A DNA stretch of 64,000 nucleotides from Verrucomicrobiota bacterium. Its GTDB lineage: Bacteria > Verrucomicrobiota > Verrucomicrobiia > Limisphaerales > J093. Both the position numbers and the translations under genes were made by a program. Below, piece by piece: positions 58,979 through 64,000 of the stretch (positions within the stretch are counted from its first letter, which is position 1; every line of letters begins with the position of its first letter). The stretch lies in contig JBEKGJ010000001.1 in assembly GCA_050012855.1 (NCBI GenBank), positions 76,188 to 140,187 on the forward strand. Reading direction: 5' to 3'. The notes beneath the pieces are model-generated. The model had not been told where the DNA came from. It did no database searches and saw nothing but the letters and a program-made list of their open reading frames with translations.

Positions 58979-60168
58979 GGCTGACCTGCCTTTGCCGTCG
59001 TTTTCACCTCGCCCAAGGCCAGCGCCGGTGCGGCCCCCTTCGCCGGCCCGGCCGCCGGGACCGGGCGGGCAGGCAACGCGCGCAGAATGAACTCGGCCAC
59101 CGCCGCCGCCGCGTCGGCCGCGTGCCAGGGTCGCAGGGCCACGCGCATGGCCTGGCGCAACGGCTCGTCGTGGAGCAGGGGTCGGATTTCCGCGCACAGC
59201 CTGGCCGGCACGGCTTCCGCCTCCGGCAGCAGGCGGGCGGCGCCGCTCGCGACGAAAGCACGCGCGTTGAGCCACTGATGGTTGTCCGCCGCGGCCGGAT
59301 ACGGGACGAGAACGGCCGGGACCCGCATGGCGGCCTGCTCGGCCAGCGAGGACGCGCCCGCACGGCTGATGGCCAGAGTGGCCGCGCCCAGGGCCAGTTC
59401 CATTTCCGTCAGGAACGGACGCACCAGCGCCCGGCTGCCGGCCGCGGCATAGGCCGCCTGCACGGTGGTCGCGTCCTGACCGCCGGTGAGGTGAATAAAC
59501 TGCAAGTCCGGCTCGGCGGCGGCCAGCGCCGGCAACGCCGCCAGCATCGCCTGATTGAGGCCATGCGCGCCCTGGCTGCCGCCGGTGACCAGCACGACCG
59601 GACGATCCGGATGCAGCCCCAAAGCGGTCCGGCACGGACCGGGTTCGAGCGGTTTGAATTGCGGACGCACGGGCATGCCGGTCACCCGCACATTCGCCTG
59701 CCAGAGACGGGCGGCGGCTTCCGGGAAATAGACGAATGCCTTGTCCACCCAGGGGGCCAGCCACCGGTTGGCGCGCCCCGGAAACGCGTTGGCCTCGTGC
59801 AGGCAACGCATGGCCCGGAAACGCCGCGCGGCCAGCACCGGGGCGACACTGGAAAAGCCGCCCATGCCGAGCACCGCCGCGGGCGGACGGGGACGGAACA
59901 GCGCCGTGGCCGCACGGTGGGAATCCCGCAGCCCGCGCAGAAAACGCAGCCAACCGCCGCGCTGCCATGCCACGGCCGGGAGGGTGGCGGCGCTCATCCC
60001 GGTGGCGGACTTGACCGCCTGTTGATCAACTTCCTTGGGCGACACCAGCAGGAGCAGGTCGCATCCGCGTTCCGCGAGTTCCTCCGCCACCGCCAGGCCC
60101 GGAAACAGATGCCCCCCCGTGCCACCGCACGCGATGGCCACCAAAGGCGATGAAGATGAACCGGACAT
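58975..60168 (-). CDS. murG: undecaprenyldiphospho-muramoylpentapeptide beta-N-acetylglucosaminyltransferase
   Basis: ORF 58975..60774 trimmed to the ATG at 60168 (1-nt overlap with the ftsW stop). ACGGTGGHLFPGLAVAEEL, VTGGSQGA. Confidence 0.9.
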   Translation of the reverse strand: MSGSSSSPLVAIACGGTGGHLFPGLAVAEELAERGCDLLLLVSPKEVDQQAVKSATGMSAATLPAVAWQRGGWLRFLRGLRDSHRAATALFRPRPPAAVLGMGGFSSVAPVLAARRFRAMRCLHEANAFPGRANRWLAPWVDKAFVYFPEAAARLWQANVRVTGMPVRPQFKPLEPGPCRTALGLHPDRPVVLVTGGSQGAHGLNQAMLAALPALAAAEPDLQFIHLTGGQDATTVQAAYAAAGSRALVRPFLTEMELALGAATLAISRAGASSLAEQAAMRVPAVLVPYPAAADNHQWLNARAFVASGAARLLPEAEAVPARLCAEIRPLLHDEPLRQAMRVALRPWHAADAAAAVAEFILRALPARPVPAAGPAKGAAPALALGEVKTTAKAGQP

Positions 60169-61319
60169 CACGCCAGCCGCGTTACGGCCACATTCTCGAG
60201 GGACACGGGCTCGCCCGCCGCCTCCGCGGAGTCCGGCCCGGATCGCGCCACGCTGACCACCAACCCGGCACAAGCCAGCATCATCATCAAATTCGAGCCA
60301 CCATAGCTGATGAACGGCAGCGCGATCCCCTTGTTCGGCACGGCACTCGAAACCACGGCGAGGTTGAGCAAGGCCTGCAAACCGATGAGGAATGTAATAC
60401 CGGCCGCCAGCAGCCGTCCGAAGGGATCGGGCACCCACCAGGCGATGACCAGGCCACACAGGAACAGCACGGCGAACGTGGCGATGACCAGCACCGACCC
60501 CGCAAATCCGAATTCCTCGCCGATGATCGCAAAGATGAAATCGGTCTGCCGCTCCGGCACCAGCCGCTTTTGGCTGCTCTGATTCAACCCCTTTCCGGTC
60601 AGCCCGCCGGAGCCCAGCGCAATCCTTGCCTGCCAGGCCTGATACCCAACCGCGTCCTTGGTTTCCTCGAGGTGCCGCCAACTGTAATAACGGTCGAACC
60701 GCACCGGGTCGCGCCAGAGCAGCACGGCCACCGCAGCGCCGCCGAGCACCACGGGCACGGCCAGATAGTACCAACGAACACCGGCCAGGAGAAGCATGAC
60801 GCCGGTCACGGCGGCGAGCAGGAGCGCCGTGCCCCAGTCCGGCTCAAGAAAAATCAAACCAATGATGCCCCCGACCACCAGCCCTGGCGTCACCAGACCC
60901 TGTCGGAAGGACGCCATCACCCGCTGGTAATGACTCCCGTAGTGCGCGATGAACACGATGAGCGCCAGCTTCGCAAAATCCGAGGGCTGGAACTGGAAAC
61001 CGCCGAAGCGAAACCAGCGTCGGGCGCCGTTGATGCGCACGCCAAGTCCCGGAATGAGCACGAGAATGAGCATCAGCGCCGCGCCGGCCAGCAGCCAGAG
61101 CGACACCCGTTTGAGGAGGCGATAGTCGGAAAAGGCCAGCGCGGTGGCCATGGCCAGCCCGAGGATCGTGGCGATCAACTGCCGGTTCACCCAGCGGCTG
61201 CTGGCGTCCACGTCAGCGATGCTGTAGAGCATCACGATCCCCAGTGCCAGCAGCACCAGCACGCAAACCACAAGCAAAGTGGTGATCAGTTTCATGGCGG
61301 GGAGGTGGCCGGGAAGCAT
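60168..61319 (-). CDS. ftsW: SEDS-family peptidoglycan polymerase FtsW
   Basis: Polytopic. FQPSDFAKLALIV, LEPDWGTALL, PFISYGGSN. Alternative ATG at 61295. Confidence 0.9.
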   Translation of the reverse strand: MLPGHLPAMKLITTLLVVCVLVLLALGIVMLYSIADVDASSRWVNRQLIATILGLAMATALAFSDYRLLKRVSLWLLAGAALMLILVLIPGLGVRINGARRWFRFGGFQFQPSDFAKLALIVFIAHYGSHYQRVMASFRQGLVTPGLVVGGIIGLIFLEPDWGTALLLAAVTGVMLLLAGVRWYYLAVPVVLGGAAVAVLLWRDPVRFDRYYSWRHLEETKDAVGYQAWQARIALGSGGLTGKGLNQSSQKRLVPERQTDFIFAIIGEEFGFAGSVLVIATFAVLFLCGLVIAWWVPDPFGRLLAAGITFLIGLQALLNLAVVSSAVPNKGIALPFISYGGSNLMMMLACAGLVVSVARSGPDSAEAAGEPVSLENVAVTRLA

Positions 61320-61394
61320 CGGCGACCACCCGGACGGGGTACTGGATTGAGGATCTCCAGCGCCGGCCCGCCGGGCGGCGGCCCATGCCGATGA

Positions 61395-62192
61395 TCAACG
61401 CGGGATCGGCTGGTTCGTGTTCGGGGCCGGCGCAACGGGCGGCACCGGCGCCGGAGTTTCAACGGTTCGGGCCGCCAGCTTCGCCGCCGGAATCTTCAGT
61501 TTCTGCCCCACGTTGATCCGGTCGCTCTTCAGGTCATTGGCCTGCCGAATGGCCTTGACACTGACGCCGTGCTTCTTCGCGATCCGCGTCAGGTTCTCAC
61601 CCGCCTTGACCTCATGAACCGAGGTCATCTCGCCCGCCTCCGCGCCCGTTCCGGTCGCGGTTGCCGTTGCCCCGGTGCTGCGGGTGCTGCCGGGGATGTG
61701 AATCGTCTGATTGACCTGCAGCTTGCGCGGCTCGAGCCCCGGGTTGGCCTGCAACAGCGCGTCCAGCGACACCCCGTGAGCCTTGGCGATCCGGGCCGGA
61801 GTGTCGCCGGCTTTGACCTTGTAATCCCCGCCGGCCGTCGCGGCCACGACGGGTTCGACCGGTTGCGCCGCCGGCTCGACGTTGGTGGCCGGGGCCGACC
61901 AGTTTGTGGGCTGCCCGGTCCAGGCGTTCGACGCCGCCGGCAGGTTGGTGGCCGCAGTGATCCCGGCATACGGCGAACCGGTGAGCGAGGCCAGGTCGTT
62001 GGTTGGGACCGTGTTGGTGGCGCCTCCGGTGAGGGCGGTGTCGGTGCTCTTTTTGCAGCCGAGCAGCAGCAGACCGCCAAAGAAGACCACGTGCAGGGCG
62101 ATGATGGAGATGACGGCGATGCGCACGTTTGATTTGCCGTGCTGGGCCTGGGCAAGCGGGCTCAACGGCGACAGTGGACTGGGAGTATTCAT
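61395..62192 (-). CDS. membrane-anchored protein with two LysM domains
   Basis: TM helix IAVISIIALHVVFFGGLLLLGC. LysM 1: YKVKAGDTPARIAKAHGVSLDALLQANP...IHIP. LysM 2: HEVKAGENLTRIAKKHGVSVKAIRQAN...KLKIP. Confidence 0.8.
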   Translation of the reverse strand: MNTPSPLSPLSPLAQAQHGKSNVRIAVISIIALHVVFFGGLLLLGCKKSTDTALTGGATNTVPTNDLASLTGSPYAGITAATNLPAASNAWTGQPTNWSAPATNVEPAAQPVEPVVAATAGGDYKVKAGDTPARIAKAHGVSLDALLQANPGLEPRKLQVNQTIHIPGSTRSTGATATATGTGAEAGEMTSVHEVKAGENLTRIAKKHGVSVKAIRQANDLKSDRINVGQKLKIPAAKLAARTVETPAPVPPVAPAPNTNQPIPR

Positions 62193-62626
62193 GGTGTCAG
62201 GTGAGTTGGTTCAATGAGGTGGGGTTGTTCGGTTCTTTCGCCCCGGCGTTTTCCCTCAAAAAACGCCGAGGCAAATCATCATGCCAGCATTGGTGCCTCC
62301 GGCCGCGCGCGCGCCGGGAGAAGCCGCGGCCCCCGGACCGGGGACCTGAATCATCAAAACCGCCGGTGAAGGTCGGCGTCCGGCCAACTCCGGTGCGGCG
62401 ACAACCGTCGCCTGATGACCCGAAATCAGGAAGCATCTCCCGACACGCCGCCACCGGTCGCGCCGAGGTTTCCGCGCCGACGACCCAGGTGGCCGCTGCC
62501 ACTGGGCTCGCTTCTAACAACGAACCCTGGCCGCTGCAAGGAGGAAAAGACCACGCCGGCCGGCGGCACCCGCCGTCACGGCAAATCCGGTTGGAGCAGC
62601 AGTTCATCAGCACCAGTTTCACAAGC

Positions 62627-63775
62627 TCAGCGCAGCTTCAGTGTCGCGAACGCCAGCACGGCGCACAGCACGCCCAGAATGTAAAAGCGCGTCACGACCT
62701 TCGACTCATACCATCCCTTCAATTCGAAATGCAGGTGCAGCGGTGTCCGCAGAAACACCCGCTTCTCGAGGTGATGGAACCTTTTGTAATATTTGAAAAA
62801 AGCTACTTGAATGATAACCGAAACGGCTTCGGCGACGAAGACGCCCCCGGCAATGAACAGAATGAACGGCTGGTGGATCAGCACCGCCATGATTCCCAGC
62901 ACCCCGCCCAACGCCAGCGAACCGGTGTCGCCCATGAACACCTCGGCCGGATGACAGTTGAACCACAGGAAACCCAGGGACGCGCCGGTGATGGCCGCGC
63001 ACACCACCGTCAACTCCCCCGCCCCGGGCACATACGGGACCTGCAGGTAGACGGCCAGCCGCACGTTGCCGGCGATGTAGGTGAACACCACAAACACCAA
63101 AGTCACAATCAACGTGCATCCGATGGCCAGGCCGTCCAGACCGTCGGTCAGGTTCACCGCGTTCGAGCTGCCGACAATCGTGAGCACCGTGAGGAGGAGG
63201 CCGCTCACCGTCGCCCCGCTGAGCACCGGATGTTTGTAAAAAGGAACCACAATCTCGGTGATGAGGCGGTTGGTTTCCGGCACCCACCAGAGATAAACGG
63301 CGATGAACAGCGCCAGCAGCGTCTGCACCACCAGCTTCAGCCGGCCGTGCAGCCCCTGGCCCGTCTGCAGCGTCAGCTTCGCGTAATCGTCGTAGAACCC
63401 CAGTCCGGCCAGACCCACGAGCGACACCAGTGTCAAAATCACCAGCGAAGTCCACGGTGCCCAGATCAGGGCGGTCGAATCAATCACCGCCACGATCAAC
63501 AAGCCGCCCATGATCGGCGTGCCGCGCTTGTCGAGGAGGCGGCTTTTCAGATCGCCGTTGGGGTCGGCCCGATCGCGATAATCCTGGCCAAACTTCAGCG
63601 CTTTCAACTTCCGGATGAAGCCCGGCCCCAGCCACAAACTCAGCAGTAGCGCCGTCACCGCCGCCCCGGCGGCGCGGAACGTGATGTAGCGGAACACGCG
63701 CAGGGGCGACAAAGCGCCCTCCCAGTCCGTGCCGACCGATTCCCGCATCAAATACTGGCTGAGATAATAAAACAT
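62627..63775 (-). CDS. mraY: phospho-N-acetylmuramoyl-pentapeptide transferase
   Basis: KRGTPIMGG, NAVNLTDGLDGLA, VFMGDTGSLALGG. Confidence 0.95.
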   Translation of the reverse strand: MFYYLSQYLMRESVGTDWEGALSPLRVFRYITFRAAGAAVTALLLSLWLGPGFIRKLKALKFGQDYRDRADPNGDLKSRLLDKRGTPIMGGLLIVAVIDSTALIWAPWTSLVILTLVSLVGLAGLGFYDDYAKLTLQTGQGLHGRLKLVVQTLLALFIAVYLWWVPETNRLITEIVVPFYKHPVLSGATVSGLLLTVLTIVGSSNAVNLTDGLDGLAIGCTLIVTLVFVVFTYIAGNVRLAVYLQVPYVPGAGELTVVCAAITGASLGFLWFNCHPAEVFMGDTGSLALGGVLGIMAVLIHQPFILFIAGGVFVAEAVSVIIQVAFFKYYKRFHHLEKRVFLRTPLHLHFELKGWYESKVVTRFYILGVLCAVLAFATLKLR

Positions 63776-63781
63776 GATCCC

Positions 63782-64000
63782 TCAATCCGTGCCCGCGCCG
63801 CCCGGCCGCAGAGCGTCCAATAATCGCTCCAACCGCGCCGCGCGCGACGCCTTGATCAACACCAGATCGCCGGGTCGCGCCGACCCGCGCAACGCGACCG
63901 CCACGGCCGGCACATCCGGGAAGGCCCCGGCCTCCCCCAGCCCGGTCCCGCGCGCCGCCGCCACCAGCACCTCCGCCATCGCCCCCACGGCGAAGAGTCC
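63782..64000 (-). CDS. murF: UDP-MurNAc-tripeptide--D-Ala-D-Ala ligase, C-terminal end (gene continues beyond the window)
   Basis: ...GDLVLIKASRAARLERLLDAL, immediately upstream of mraY. The frame is open to the window edge. Confidence 0.75.
   Translation of the reverse strand, partial: GLFAVGAMAEVLVAAARGTGLGEAGAFPDVPAVAVALRGSARPGDLVLIKASRAARLERLLDALRPGGAGTD

Noticed and set aside
58978-60774. Very long N-terminal extensions in the ORF track for murB (to 59968), murG (to 60774), the GH51 gene (to 32690), the sulfatase (to 10631) and ftsA (to 56310).
   Set aside because: The extensions run through the upstream gene in another frame and are low-complexity. Internal ATGs give canonical N-termini or signal peptides and tidy 1-4-nt junctions.
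62339-62440. Plus-strand strings CGGGGACCTGAATC, CCCGAAATCAGG and CCAACTCCGG are reminiscent of ydaO/c-di-AMP riboswitch blocks.
   Set aside because: They lie on the strand opposite to the LysM gene they would have to regulate, no plus-strand gene follows, and the similarity is fragmentary.

Overview
High-GC bacterial chromosome segment. The gene content (Tat-exported oxidoreductases, a sulfatase, many glycoside hydrolases, a BspA-type LRR protein, a divergent FtsZ) suggests a Verrucomicrobiota/PVC-like organism, but that assignment is inference only. All coordinates, alignments and motif calls were made by eye from the sequence and the ORF track; no searches were run.

Layout:
- 1-11.6 kb: polysaccharide and sulfate utilisation genes (AKR, beta-propellers, GH10 fusion, PaiB-like, sulfatase), interrupted by a lower-GC islet of three orphan genes (about 7.15-8.8 kb).
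- 11.7-22.2 kb: accessory region organised around tRNA-Thr(UGU). It holds an RM-gene remnant, a 7.6-kb integrase island bounded by a tRNA 3'-half repeat, then a second segment (LRR fragment plus PilT-like ATPase) bounded by a repeat of the tRNA 5' half and its upstream DNA.
- 22.9-32.4 kb: TolC, thioesterase, a GH-like/GT2/membrane fusion, and GH5-like and GH51 enzymes.
- 33.0-37.0 kb: a previously unannotated, decayed chromosomal integron. It has a frameshifted intI, a candidate attI and a minus-strand cassette array with two homologous 102-nt attC sites. The largest cassette encodes a single 555-aa GHKL ATPase / HExxH / KTSC fusion protein, which I consider the best candidate for an undescribed (defence-like) system.
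- 37.0-37.8 kb: vapBC, with a heptamer-repeat insert between the two genes.
- 38-47.8 kb: MA-type peptidase, PhoR/PhoB-like two-component system, and cytochrome c biogenesis genes (ccsA/resB).
- 47.8-53.5 kb: pdxJ, acpS, an S1 protease, hisC and a split pta.
- 53.5-64 kb: dcw cluster (ftsZ-ftsA-ftsQ-ddl-murB-murG-ftsW-LysM-mraY-murF'), which lacks murC and murD.

No rRNA genes or CRISPR arrays were seen.
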